From the NCBI GenBank assembly GCA_036172245.1, contig JAYWIR010000019.1, forward strand, positions 186,001 to 250,000: a stretch of DNA of 64,000 nucleotides, written 5' to 3'. The notes below the pieces were generated by a model that was not told the origin of the DNA, made no database searches, and saw only the letters and a program-made list of their open reading frames with translations. The translations under genes were made by a program, and so were the position numbers. The stretch's first letter is position 1. Each line of letters begins with the position of its first letter. The DNA comes from Raillietiella orientalis (taxonomy: Eukaryota). Below are positions 37,515 to 51,281 of this stretch, piece after piece.

Positions 37515-39960
37515 TCACATGAAGTTAACTGCAGAAAGAGAATATGTTAGTAAGTCCCAAAGATACATAGCTATGACCACCTTTTGTCAACATGCAACTT
37601 ACCTATAATTATAATGAGAATTATAAGTCCTATAACACCCAGAATGATCATCATCTAAAATACATCAATAAGATTGTCCAAAACCTAGAATCACTCTCAC
37701 TTTGAGATTCTTCCACCAATACTTTCGCTTCAGTTTTCCTGCTGATTGTTCAAACTGGGAAGCACCTTGTTGTAAAGCATCTGGGCAAAATGCAGATCAT
37801 TAGGAAACATAGTTCTTCACAATAGGGAAGTAAGAACATTTCCAGCTAGGATAATTGGGAGAAGGAGCAAGATCAGACAGGGATCCAAGCATCATGCAAT
37901 CGATTTCTTCCTGAAGAACTGATCATACCTGCTCGATCATCAAGTTCTGATAGTTTCTGGTCACGTTCAAGTACTTTCTCCACATTACTGCGCATTATGT
38001 CCATTACCTATCAACAGCAGAAATCACAAACACGAAAATCCCAGGCATGATTTTGATATCAGCTCGCAAGTATCAAGTACCTCGTTAACTTGAGCTTGTG
38101 TCTGCTGAATTCTTTTCTGGGCAGCTGCCTGCTGTGGATTCCTATGAGCATCTGCTCCCAAAATCCCTGCCCCTTCAGTTGACCTACAATGAATACACAC
38201 ATCTTCATTTAAATCACATGCATTAATATATTTGTTTGTAGACACTGTTTACTTGGAAAGTGCGATTCTATGCAGAAAGTGATCCAAACACTTTTCTAAT
38301 CCTATGTAACTTTCAGCACAAAAATTAATAAAATGAACAACAAAAAGGAAAAACATGCATGCAAACAAAAAAAAAAATGCATCTCAAAAAAAGACATGCC
38401 TGTGCATTTTTCAAGGACTCTTCCAAAATGATGATGGCAAAATAAAAAACCAAACTAAATAAAGTTCAATAGAATAATGGAATAGAAAATGATTATGCAT
38501 GCAAACCACGAATAGAGAAAAATAAACCTCTACTCATACTTGTGCTCTCTCAAACTGTTTACAATTCAAGATACAACTGGAAAGTGTCAAACTAACGAAT
38601 CTATTATTAAACCAATTTCTCTACATGGCATTCTGATCTCATGCAATAGGATTTCATTTCACATGAACTCAAATAAATATAAGTGTTTTCCTTTACATGT
38701 AGCAGATTCAAAAGCACTTTGAATTTTATGTCTACTTTGCTATTCAGCATGCAAAAATCAAATTGAGGATTCACTTTTCTACATAATTTGCTAATTTCTT
38801 TCTAGTCAGCATACAATAGAATCAATGCCATCTTTCACAATACTCAAATTTAACCTTATTTACAAGTCACATTATCAAAGTTGAGCAATCAGAGAAAACA
38901 GTGATTCAAAGTGCATTCAGCATAGCTTATTACTCAAAGAAAATGTAATAGGGATCAATTTAGCCTGCACACTGGAAGGATTAAGTGACCCAACATTTTT
39001 CATGAATGTAGTTTGCACTACACAAGGGCATACATTATGAACAGGGTATCCTGAGAACTAGAACTGTGTTGCTTTCAAGAATACTCACTTCATTTTTTGG
39101 TCTCCACAATACAGCTTTCAAAACATCAAAGGTATATGTTAATTTTAAAATAAAGTTGTAATAAAAACCATTCTGCACAAAAGGAAAACCAATGTATACA
39201 AAAAGCACTTTTATATTGCAAATTGTTTTAATAACTTGTATTCTTATAACACAAAACTGGCTAGAAAACACCAAAGACAAATCTTTGTTTAATGAGCAAC
39301 ATCTATATCCATCCTCCAAACAGCTGCATAATTTGATTTACCCAGCAAATGTCGCGATTATATATCTGATGATTAATTAGTTAACGTATACATTTGAGCA
39401 CAGGGCTGTTTCCGCTCTAAGCAATGCAACAGAACTATTAATCATTACAGGAAAGGCAGTTCAGTACGTAACATACGAAATATATTGACAAAACTAAGCT
39501 AATTTTTGAGGAAAGCTTCCTTGTTCATGAAAGCTAGTGATTAAATATTAAGATGTTAATGTTACAATGGAAGTAAATATTAACACTGTAGAAACACAAG
39601 TTTCACTTGGCAGTTTTGAATTTATCAGGAGAGCCATACTGTTTCCTTCATTAAATCCAGTTTTCCCTGTTCTTTGCTTTGATGAATTTGTAAAAGAACT
39701 TGCTTATTTTATATACCATTCAGAAACAGTAAATGGGAGCACAAATATTGATTATTTGAGAAGCCATGATGCATTCATGATTCTCAATTAAACTTGCACA
39801 ATTTTGGTTCCCACTAATGTAGATTGGTTATCCTACACAGATCAATGGATTTATGATTTCTGGAAGATATGGCGTATAATATTAGCAGATGAGAAATCAG
39901 TTAAAGGGTGATGTTTGTATCTTTACATTGGGATGCAAGTGCTTGGGAAATGAATGAATG

Positions 39961-39994
<34 letters not shown>

Positions 39995-42043
39995 ACTATC
40001 TGCATTACCATAAACTGAACATTCCACTTACGATTACCTGAATGGATTGGTTTAATGTATAAATTGGTATAACGGAAACACTGATGAAATGAACACATCA
40101 AACTGTGCACTTGTTACTCATAAAAATTAGAATGGCAAGTGATTGACAAGCCTCCTACAAAGGATCCCACAGGAAGCAAGGCACAAAAAGTAAGCAAGCT
40201 GTTTAATGGATTCTCATGGACAACCAGGGCACCATGGAAAATATTAGGATGATATGACATTTTCTAATCAAACTTCACAATAAAGGGTGAAAACATATTT
40301 TTTTATCCTAAACAATTATTTCATGACAAAGTATCAGATTATGTCATTGACCATTCAAGAAGAAACAATGAACTACAATATGAGAGGCATGCCAGTTTAA
40401 TAATTCTACTAATTAAAATTTATCAATTATGAAACTAAATTATATAATGAAATAGCAGTGCATGATGATGACAAATGCTTTGGAGCACACCTTATTCACA
40501 TATCATAACAGGATTTAGCAAATACTTGCATCATGCTGTTATGAGATACAACCAGGTGACAAGATACAATTTGGTGGAAACTAAGCCGAAAAACCTTCAG
40601 AATGTAAGACTACCAGTATGGAATTTAAACCAAAGTATATACAGCAAATGAATTCAAAGTAAATGTTAATGTTCCCTGTGATCACATGGCTATTAAGTTC
40701 CAGAGAATGAAGGACAGTTCTTGCAATCTGTGAATGTTTAAGAATTCTTAGGCTGCAAAATGCTGAAGTGGTTCTTTCAGATTTCAATCAAGAGTACAAT
40801 ATGCTAAACATTCTGATAATGGTTCCTTTTTGAATTACTTTACATTTAATACTTGCAACAAAAGATGGACCCCAAATAAATCTGGTAAGTATTCTGAGGC
40901 CAGCTAGGATAATTGGGGCAAACAGCCTTACTGATGCACTTAATCCCATCATCCTATTAAAACGGGATCCATTGGTTTACAAGATCCCCCAACAAATTAC
41001 TAAATTCATGCATAAATGGGTCCATTGACATCAGAGAGATACCAGGGAATTTCTTCAAGTTTAACCCGTGATGGCGAAAATTATTAAAAATCATTTCCAA
41101 ACTTGTAAAGTCACATATGAAAGATATGATAAGTAATCATGCAAGTAAGTAATCATGAACAGGGGGAAGCTGAAACTCTATGCTGCATGAAAGATCGTGA
41201 TGATTCGAGTGTCGCAGTCGGAATTCATTCATTGAGAAACATTGGAAATTTTTTTACAAATAAAGCAATCATATAAACTGAATGAACTACCGGAATGCGT
41301 GTCAGAATGCTTGTTTCCAAAAAAAATATAAAGAAACACACAAGAGTGAGATGGAATTCAAAGAAATAAGCAAACAACATCAAAAACTACATCCATCCTT
41401 CAAATGACGATTGCTGCGACTTGCGAAAAAAACGAAAATTGAATTTTTCTTATTTTCACTGATCTTAAATTGACCTAGGGTAAATTCATCTAAAGATGTA
41501 AAGTACATAACTCCATAAAATTTGTATGTTGCAAAAAATGCTGGCTGAGAGTAACCAATGAGAATCACAATCAACGAAAAATATTAAATGAAAAAAACGA
41601 ACAAAATCTGGAAACAATGGAAGCGACACGATGATTCAGACAGGATATTGTAAAGCTCAGTATTGTAGATTTCAGTTCTGTTTTTCTCCTATATCTACAA
41701 GTTCTGGTATATATTTACATATAGTGGGCTACAAAGGCTCGTAAACAAAAACCGTCAGTAGCAGAGCATAGTCAAGACTGCTGCAAAACGTACTCATTAT
41801 TTTTGTAAGATTAAATAAGTCATCTTTAAATACACAATGATGAATACATGGAAAGATATTGCCACGGCTGAGCTAAAAACACAGGCCAAACAGGCAAGTT
41901 ACCTAAGGTTTCGACAATCATTTTCAGACTTCGAAACAATCAATATATTTCGAAATTGCAAAAGCAACTCAGCTTTACAAATTCTAAATTTTCTCTCGTG
42001 ATTCAGCACTAGAGAAAAAAACTCCTTTAACTTCTACTTACAT
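37515..42043 (-). CDS. VAMP: Synaptobrevin / vesicle-associated membrane protein (R-SNARE), 109 aa
   Basis: Exons 42042-42043 (split start codon AT|gtaagt), 38081-38183, 37929-38007, 37701-37780, 37603-37654 and 37515-37528 join in phase to give [109 protein letters not shown]. This is a canonical SNARE motif plus a C-terminal TM helix. Confidence 0.96.
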
Positions 42044-42136
42044 GGTGACTAAACTCGATTAATGTACCCAATACATTAAAACAAGATAGACTATTTCAAA
42101 ATGAGGTTTCAAAGTAGCCTTATTCCTCACTCCTCC

Positions 42137-42150
42137 GTTTACATGGCAAC
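42137..42150. promoter_or_regulatory. X-box-like motif ~95 bp upstream of the VAMP start codon
   Basis: GTTTACATGGCAAC: perfect GGCAAC half-site, one mismatch to GTHNYY-AT-RRNAAC. Confidence 0.4.
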
Positions 42151-44199
42151 TCAATATCGATTCCAAAGATCAAGGTGCCACTCATTTCATCAATCAACAA
42201 ACATCTGAATTTAAAATATTTGAATCACGAAAATTGATGCTGTCAATCTAATACAGAGATAGGTTATTTACTAATAGCATAAATGGAAGGCAAAAGAAAA
42301 CAACACGGGATCCTTTCACACTTTAATTTTACTATGAAAGGTCCAGAAGGAAGTTCGGACTTAAGAAACTATGTGAATCAAAATTATATACTTGTCTAGC
42401 GTTCTAAATTTTTGGGTATTTTCCTTTTTTTGAAAATATGAAATGCAGTGGGTTTGTTTCTCGAAAAAGACGAAATTATTTTCGTGTAAAGTCCATATGA
42501 CATATCTCCACAGTTTGATTTCAAACAAAGAGAAGATCTTTAATACAAATATCGTGTACTACCTCTTCCTAACACTTTAATCTGAAATCCTTTGCAATGA
42601 AGCCTAACAGTATGAATATTATAAATAAAGGATAATTTTAAATGAACCGTGGTTAAAGAATGCAGTCTTAACATTATAAAAACTGTCACAAGTGTTATGG
42701 AAGACAATAAATTCCGAAAATACTGTGCTTCGATTATGCACGGCATTTGCAAATTCTTTTTCCAAGTACTCTGTAAAGAGTCAGTTAGCTAAATTTATAT
42801 GTTTTGTATTGTCTAAATAAAAATTGTTGTTTCTCAAGAGATTCTTTTCTTCCTCAATGAAAAAAAAAGAGCAAATTACTGGTGATCATTACTGTTTTTC
42901 TATGACATTATAGAATATCATTGTTTCAAAAGATATTTGCAAAATCAGAAGCTTTTTCTAGTATTTCGACCATATGTAGGTATTCATTTCCATCTGTAAA
43001 AGCATGAAGCTAAGAACACTCCCAAAAAATAGACCAATTTTGTTATATTCTTCCAGCTCCGACTTTTCCCCGAAGTCATTCTTTTGATGATCTAGTAACA
43101 TGACAAAAGTCAAATTGCGTTCTCAATATCTTTTAGATCAAAAAATGGTAGCACAGATAAGTTATATCATTACGTGAAAATGTAGAGAAGAAATTTATGT
43201 AGACATTTTTCCTAGAAAAGTGAAGCAACATGCCTTACAATTTAAAAAGTAGCTATACACAAGTATTGCTTAATTCTCGTGTTCGTAATACCTATTTGTG
43301 TAAGGTGATAAGCTGGATCTACTTCCATGTACATGATATGATCACTTATTGTGGATGAGAGTATTTATATTTTCCGTCTTTTCTGGTGACTTTTTTGATA
43401 TCGTCAACCTTTCAAAAAATCAGGTTGAACTGCTTTTCCTCGGTTTTCATTTCTACGATAGTAAAACTGCAAAATTAAAAGCAAATAGAAAGCGATTTTA
43501 AAGCGAACAGAAATTAAGAATTTCCTGCTGGTAACACTTTCGAAACATCGAAAGTTTGTGAGTGGATAATCAGAAAATTAGAACTTTTCGGGACGTCTGA
43601 CGAAATAGTTTGATGATTTTTTCATCGAGCAGCCGAAATCTTAGTTACTCAGTTCCACTTTTCTCATCCTTTGCAGCCTAATGAGATTCGCAGAACAAGC
43701 AATTCAAAACGCCGAGAAAGCAATTAACCTGATTTAAAGATGTGGAACACATGAGATACAGACCACCTCACGAAAAAACTCCCTTGCTTTCCCTGTCTCT
43801 CAACGCTCAGTGGGGTGCAATTACTTTGAGTTTGTTTCTTTTGAGTCTGTTTTTTTCCCCAGCCAGCAGCAGCAGCAGCCGGTGGATCACCCTCCATGGC
43901 ACACAAGGGTGCGGATCAAGATGGCATTACCTTCAGAGTCTGTGCCGTCACAAAGATAGTTGCACGAAGACGGTTGTACAAAGTGTGTTACAAAAACAGT
44001 TTTTTTTCCCCGCTTGCGAATTCTATTTCGAAACTGCAAGTCCACAGCGAATTTCCCCTACGAACTGCGGCTCAAAGCTCCAGGCACCATGCAAATCCAC
44101 GAATGTTCCACATCCATCCGATACCTGTTTATCTTTCAAGTTCCGTTTCCTCTTCTTTTGCACATCCCTTTATTTCAGATTCGCACGCCGTCAGCCACC

Positions 44200-47100
44200 A
44201 TCGCCGGGCGTGCTGGTAACTCTGCAATCCAGATTCTCCAGGCATGACATCCCTTATTCCTACCCTCAATCCGTCGTCAGGAAGACACTTGGAGTACCTT
44301 GGCGTTCCGTCGGGGTACTTCTGCTTAGCGACCCCACGCTCGCCTGCATCACCGGACCAGGGAGGAGTGCGAACCCTGACTGTAGTAGGTGCGGAGGAAC
44401 GGAATCTCCCTCACACCTTCTCGAGGGCTGTATTGAGCTCCCGTGGCAGCCACATGGACATCGTGGATTATCCTGCCGCGGTATCAACTGGAATACCTGG
44501 GCTGCCACTTTGGAAGTGAGCTCAGACGAACCGCGACAACTGTAGGGTCTTCTAGGTTTGGATGAAGCCGTGGTGCGTTTCCTGCGCGCTCGAGAGAGCA
44601 GCCGTCTTAGAGAGATTGGGCATCATTCCTCGCCGGAAGCCACTGAGTATGGCTCAGTAAAAGCACTAACTTCAGCAGATGGTTGCCTTGATGAAGAAGG
44701 AAGTCTGGATCCCATGCCTCCCTGCGAACTGTGGTGCCTAGCTTCAGGAAACGGTTCACATCTAGGAAAGATCTAATACACGAGCGCTGGACTCCTCGCC
44801 TGTCTTCGACACGGCAGACACTCTCACCCGTAGCCGCAGGAGACCCTCAGCAGTTCCTGGAAGACTCCTCGGGTGCTTGTAGACCCTCTTGCCACGGCTC
44901 CGCCCTCCTCGAGGGAGACAAGTGGCATCGGGGCTACCGGAGAGGTAGTGCGCCACCTGCTGCAAGAAAAGTGCAACCTCTTGGTGGGGGGTCCACACGT
45001 CAGCTGACGGACTCTGCGACTCTGAGTGTCACGCCGAAAAGACTGCACCTCTGGGTAAAGCTTCTGGACGACCCCCGTGAGGAACGGCACAGTACTGATG
45101 GACAGTTCCTGCCTTCCCTCGAGGTGGAAGGAGTCGTCGGCGTTGCTGATGTTGCTCTGACGTCTCCCACGCAACGCTCGCCTGCATCACTGGACCAGGA
45201 GGGAAGTGTAAACCCATCAGGTGCAAAGAAACGAGATCCAACCTCTTGCCCCTTCTGCACCTTCTCGTGGGCTGTGTTGCCTTCCAGTGGACAACCACGG
45301 GGACGTCGTGAAACGCCTCTTCACGCGTGGTGCGCTGCAGCCTAGCAGTTTGTTGTCCTCGCGGTATTGTGGCGGCCTGGGACTCCGAAAGAAGAGACCA
45401 GAGTGGAAAGCGACGCCATTTTCCTGGAAGAAACCCTTTCTGAGGACCGCTACCAGATGGTCCCGCCCAGGAATCGTCCAGGAAAAAAAAATGAAGGGAT
45501 CGTGCAGAGTATGAACAGGGCGTCGCCTGTTCCCGAACGTCCATCTTCATCGATCATTTTTTTCTTTCTTTTACTGTTTGTATTCAGTCACTGACTTTTT
45601 ACCTTACTTTTTGTCTCCCACTTGCCTCCCATCCCGTGCCTCCAGGAAGAATGGCCCACTGTTGGCATGTTCCTGTGAACTTTCCGATGTGGAAGGACTT
45701 GATGTTCTGCATTTCCTTTTTTTACGGGTTGAGTTTACTGTTGGCAAGAAACGCCCAGCGAAGGCGGGTGTCGAACCACGATCTTCTGAGATGCCTGTGA
45801 CCTCAGTGCCCATTGCAGTGCCCATTTCTGGCCCAGTGCAGCCAGAAATCCACTTCAGAGAGAGGGGGTCAGCTCAGACGGTGGCACGATACAGAACGGG
45901 TGGCCGCTCCAGCGTGGCCGATCTGACTAGTGAATAGCGTTCTTCAGCTGGACGTCGGCTGGTTCCTGTGGACGCCTCTCCCACTTGCGCAACCACCTGC
46001 GTGGGCTTTTCACGCGGTTGCGTTGGGGACATTTATTCTATAAAATGATAAATATACATTTTTGTGGTAGAACCACGTGGTCCTACCACGCACTACAAAG
46101 ACACACTGAGCCTGCCAATTTGCTAGTACACAGACCAGCGAGGTCCACTTCGGCAGCGGGTAGGAAAGACAAGAGAACCGAAAACAAACAAAAACGAAAA
46201 AAGAGCGGGAAAGCTTTTCCCGCGTAGGCAGCAGCAAAGAGCTGCTGGGGACGTGCTAGGCGAAAGGGCATCGCGCACGAAGAGGCGTCCCTGGGATTGT
46301 CCGTCGGTGCACCAAGGACCGTTGCGTAAAGCAACCACAGGGGCCGGAGGGCAATACAGTCTACAAGCAGGTGAGGGAGGGATTCCCGTTACCCGCACCT
46401 GCAACAGTTGGGGTCCACAGCCAGCCGGGTCCAGCGAGAGCGGCGGATGTTGCAAGAGAGACTCCATCGCTTCTCGGCCTTTTGGCTAAGATCAAAGTGG
46501 AGACTCCAACAGTGCAACAGCAGAAGTGCCGACTCCTACCACTTCAAGGGGAGGTCCTAATTATTCTTCAGCTCTGGGTGCCACTCGAGGTCTTCCTGTG
46601 GGATTCTTGATCTTCTTGGTGTGCCCTCCTTTCTCAGAATGGCCCCTTCTCTGCGCTCGAACACTTCAGTGTTCCCCTTGAGGGTGGAAACGGGACGTTC
46701 TGCTGTTTCTGCACCAGGGTTTCCGATGCAACCGGCATCGTCACCTCGCCTCTGGGAGAAGTTGCGCCATCCCCCCCTACCAAACTGCTCAAGGTGCGGG
46801 ACGATCGATTTGTTCCCGCACCTCTCGACGGACTGCGGTGCCCTCAAAGAAGAACTAGGAAACCGCTGCAGCTGACGGGGTGCCCACCCCAATGTTTGGC
46901 TCAACGAGCCACGGCTGTCCTTGTCACCCGGATTTGGCAAGGCTTTTATTATTAAAATTTTATAAATTTTTTTTTATAATAAAGTCGTAATTTTTTTCGA
47001 TATCGTGGTAGAACACGTGGTTCTATCCCGCGCGAAAGACTTGCCAAAACCGATGCGGAGACCGGTGAGGTCTTCTCCAGCGGCGAAGGGGGAGGGAAAA

Positions 47101-50100
47101 CCAAACAAAAATAAACACAAAATGAAAGAAAAAGGGAGGGGAATGTTTTTTGGGGAGTAGAGGATGGGGAAGGAATCACTATTCTCCAGGAGACGTCCTC
47201 TGCATCCTGTTCAGGATGCTGACCAGTTCTGTTTTTCTGGATTGAAGTTGGGGCCATCGGGAAGCGGTTTTCAAATTTCCACCCAGTGGGTGGCATCCCT
47301 GTTATTGTGACCTCTTCTTTCCGCGATCCACTTTGTCACGATTCCGCATACACAGCAGAGAACTGCTAGAGATGCGGCTGGGAGCAGGGCATCATGCATG
47401 AAGAGGCGCTGGAAAATGTACTTTGGGTAGCCTACTGGGATTTTGAGGAACAACAAGGGTCGATCTCAAAGGGTACCGAGGCCAATACAATCTATTATCA
47501 GGTACGGGAAGGTTTCCTTTTCTCTGCACTCAGCACAATGGTCATCCACGCTCCCAAGTGCCACAACCGCAGCCACGTATGTCGTTGCGGGCAGGTCATG
47601 GAGCATTTCGGCAGCTTCTACTCTGCCGGCATCAAAGAATTTACCCCGGAAGTTGCCTGTCTTGCAGTTTCCCACCCGTGATCGAAGTCGTCCTTTGGAT
47701 GCGGTGGCCCTGCCTCCCTTCGAAACCCAATGCATGCAAAGCGAGTCTTCACCATTTGACACGGAAGGGGGGTGAGGGATGGTATGGGTTGGTGGATGCC
47801 AATCGGGATAGATGTGGCGAGGAGGCCCTCCCACGCCTCCTGCTAGACCATGCCATCCCACGACTCCTTTGGGATCGCCCCTCGATGACCCTAGGAATCT
47901 GGTTGGACCTTTTCTGAAGCCTCTTCGTGCATGCCGCTCTGCCTCCAGCCGCGCCCATCTCAGTTCTCTGCTTCGTTCGCGTAATCGTAGCAGCCTGGAA
48001 CGCGGGAAAAAGAGTTCGGAATGGCAGGGACGCCATCCACTGGGCAATGATCTTCTTGAAAACCGCCTCGAGATGGTCCCACCTTGGCAAGATACGAACT
48101 TGACAGCATCCTTAACAGGATGTTGAGGACGCCCCCCAGCGTAACGTAATCTCCTCCCCGATTTCCTCCTCCTCCTCAACGAAACCTGTCCTCCCATTTT
48201 TCCTCTTTTTGTTTGTTTCCTTCTTCCCGTTCCCCGTCGCTGTGGAAAAGACCTCGCCGGTCTGCGAAGCCGGTCACGACAAGTTCCGAGCATGTGGTGA
48301 GCCAAGTCTTTGGCCACACCTGAACACTTCAGTGTACTTTTATTATTGTTTTTGTTTTTTTAATAATAAATGCCCCCCGGCAAAATCGGGTGGGCAACTT
48401 CGAAGCTCAAGGGAATTGCCTTTGGATGACGGGAATCACACTAGCGACCCTTCCTGCCATCCGACGTCTCCCTGCACGGAAGCGCAGCTTCCTAGTGGAC
48501 TAGAGTTTCTTTTGGTACGTGAACATCGCTGCAGCTGGTGGCGGCGCGAAGAGCTGGGTCTCCCGACGACGCAGGTCGGATTCCGGAGAAGTCCGGAGCT
48601 GAAAGGAAGAAGACAGTGGATCAAAAAATAGGTTAGAGAGTGTGGGGACGGGGGGTTCTTAGCACCAGCTCGTCCCTCTTTCCTGTAACCCGTGCTGATG
48701 GCGGTGATCCCCATGGAGACTCCTTCTTCCAGGTGAGTTCGCCTGGAAGCCGCCCTCAGGTAGGCAACTGTCATGCAGGCGACTTCTTTTCGCCACGGCG
48801 GGGACTCCGGCACACGGCGGGCTGTGACGATGGCGCGCAGGTGAAACATCTCGTCTCTCAGTCCACTCATTGCCTAGGCAACTCCTTGGCGGTGTCTTTC
48901 GGGTGCGAAGAGAGCTGAAGTCGGAAATAATTCATCGAGGAGACTTTGAAGGGGGTTCCAGTGACTTCTTCAGCCCCAATGGGATACTCCTAGAGATCTG
49001 GGAAGCGTTTGGTCGGTCTACCGATGCCTTCCACGGGGCCACCAGTCAGAGAGCCCACCGAGTGGCATCCCGTCTCTCCCTCGCTGGCTGCTCACTCGTT
49101 CTCTCGCCTCGTGGAGCGACCCGTGAAGAACGGATCGAACGAAACGTGTGGGGGAGGATACGATCCCAGGAAAGACGAGCGGCGGCCCGCCTCCGCGGCG
49201 CGATCCTCGGGGCGTCTTGCGGAAGCGCGCGGCCCAACTGTGTGCGTTGTTGAGAGTCCTGGTCGGCAATTATTTTTCTGATCTTATCCAGATGGTGGCG
49301 TTCTCCTGAATCCATCGAACGACGGGTTTCCTGGTGAGTGTCGGTTTCATTTCCCCTCCGCGCGACCTGCTTTCTCGTCTTCTCGAGCGTGATTTCTTCC
49401 TCCTCTTCGCCGCAAACCTGTGTATTGACAACAGAAAAGGGTGATCATCTCAGTGGCACCACCTCGATTCGGAAGCCCCCGTGACCAGGTGATTCGCCAT
49501 TCCTGCCCCCACTCTGCGACCGCGAGAGGAGGACTTCCGTCTTTCGTACTCTCAGCGACCACAAGCGGACCGGCCCCTTGCGACCTGGACAACGCGTTCG
49601 CGAGCATTTCTCGCGAACGCGTTGTCCCCCCTCCGCGAGAAATCCGGTCTCTGTGTCTCTTCCTTCTGGAGAAATCTGTGGCTTCCTGTGGGCGGTTTCG
49701 TTCCCTCCGGCCCGCTGCGTACCTCTGGTGGCGTGTTGTGTTCACGAGTGCACAAGCGTGCGCCCTCCGTCCGCCGCCCAGTTACCTCGAGGATCTTTCC
49801 ATCCGTATCGCTCGCTCGCTCCGACTCAGGCGTCCCTCTAGCGGCCGGATAGAGAACCAAACCCGCGGTGCTCCTCGCCTCGTCCCTGGAGCACCACTTC
49901 CGTGAGTCATTCTCGGAAGGTGATGATCTCGGGGCCGCCGGATGCAGTTTCCCTGCGCACGAGATCGGTGCGCTCCCCTTGTGGGGGCGTTGCTCGCACG
50001 CCTAAAGCCCTTGACGACCGCTTACCGAACGCCAATGACCGCCCAGTGGGTACTCACTGGAGTACGAAAATCAATTCGGCATCAAAGTTGTTTTGCCTGC

Positions 50101-51270
50101 CATAAATCCTCGTGATGGATGTGGGCATCAGGAACCCCACACGGCTGACTTCCGAGCTGACAAATAATGTCTCCCGAGAACACCCTAGCGTGACGTCTGT
50201 GTCCGAGACGCCCCACCCTCAAGAAAAGTTGTCCAAGGGGTAGAAACGTAAATGATGTTCTGATAGAGGCCGGTGTGGGTGAATCGGTGAAGCCCGAGTC
50301 TCGAACAGTCCATCGCTAAACGTGGGGGTCTCTGGAGCAGGATGCTGGAGGCGCACCGCACATCATTCAGCACATCGTTTCTCCTCGGTCCGCTTGCTGC
50401 TACTCCCGGTCACGCCTGGGGGCTTATTAGAAAATAATAATAGAGGAAGGAGTCAGTCGGGGACGAAGTTCCCGAAACAAAGACAACAAAAAGACAGTTC
50501 GAGGCCAGGGTCCACCGACACGCAGGTCGGCTGTCGAAGAAGTCTGAAGCGGGAAGGAAAGGGACAGTGGATCAAAAAATAAGTGAGAAACTGTGGGGAC
50601 AGGTGGTCTTTTGGGATCAACCCGTCCTTCTTTCCTGCAGCCCGCGCTGATGGTGGTGATCCCCATGGAGAATTCCAGTTGAGGTCGTCTGGAAGCCGCC
50701 CTCAGGTAGGCAACTGTCATGCGGGAGACCCTTCGCCACGACGGGGTTCCAGCACACAGTGGGCTATGATGATGACGCGTGGATGCAAAATCTCGTCTCA
50801 CAGTCTACTCATTGCCTCGGCAACTCCTTCGTGGTGTCTTCCGGGTGTGAGAAGAGCTGAAGCCAGCCTCCTTCAAACTTCCCGGGAGGCACCGCAGTCC
50901 GTCGAGAGCTGCAGGAACGAATCGATCGCCCCGCGCCTTGAGCAGTTTGGGGGGACTCAACTCCTCCCGGAAGCGAGCTGACTTTCTCGGCTGCTGATGA
51001 AAGTTCTTCGTGAAGGAGGCAGAACTCTGCAATCGAGGTCTCGAGTCGCAGCGACCCTCGCTGCCCGGAGTAGCTTTCTTGGAAAAGTTTCCGGCGGCCT
51101 CTTCCGGTAGGCTCTCGGCCCGCGTCGGGAGATGTGTGCCTGCTGCCTCCACAAGGCGTGGCACCAGGAGTGGCAGGTTCGAATCCACCCGAGGAAGGAT
51201 CAATGCAGAGAATGGCGGGGAAGGGGGGGGAGGGTCTGTCGTGGGTCTTGATTTCCCCAAGTCCCACTAG
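44200..51270. mobile_element. Block of at least 7 nested or abutting family A LINE-like fragments in both orientations
   Basis: Repeated CxRCG...HL..xC remnants (~44390, ~45220, ~46400 -, ~46785, ~50940 -). Termini at 46011-46037 (-), 46921-46950 (-), 48365-48398 (+) and 50401-50428 (-). 48580-48920 aligns by eye with 50510-50860, and 49835-49945 with 55462-55572. Confidence 0.65.
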
Positions 51271-51281
51271 GGTGGGGTGAA

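Noticed and set aside
50994..51020. Hammerhead ribozyme core (CTGATGA)
   Set aside because: No compatible GAAA and flanking stems were seen, and the motif is not conserved among element copies.
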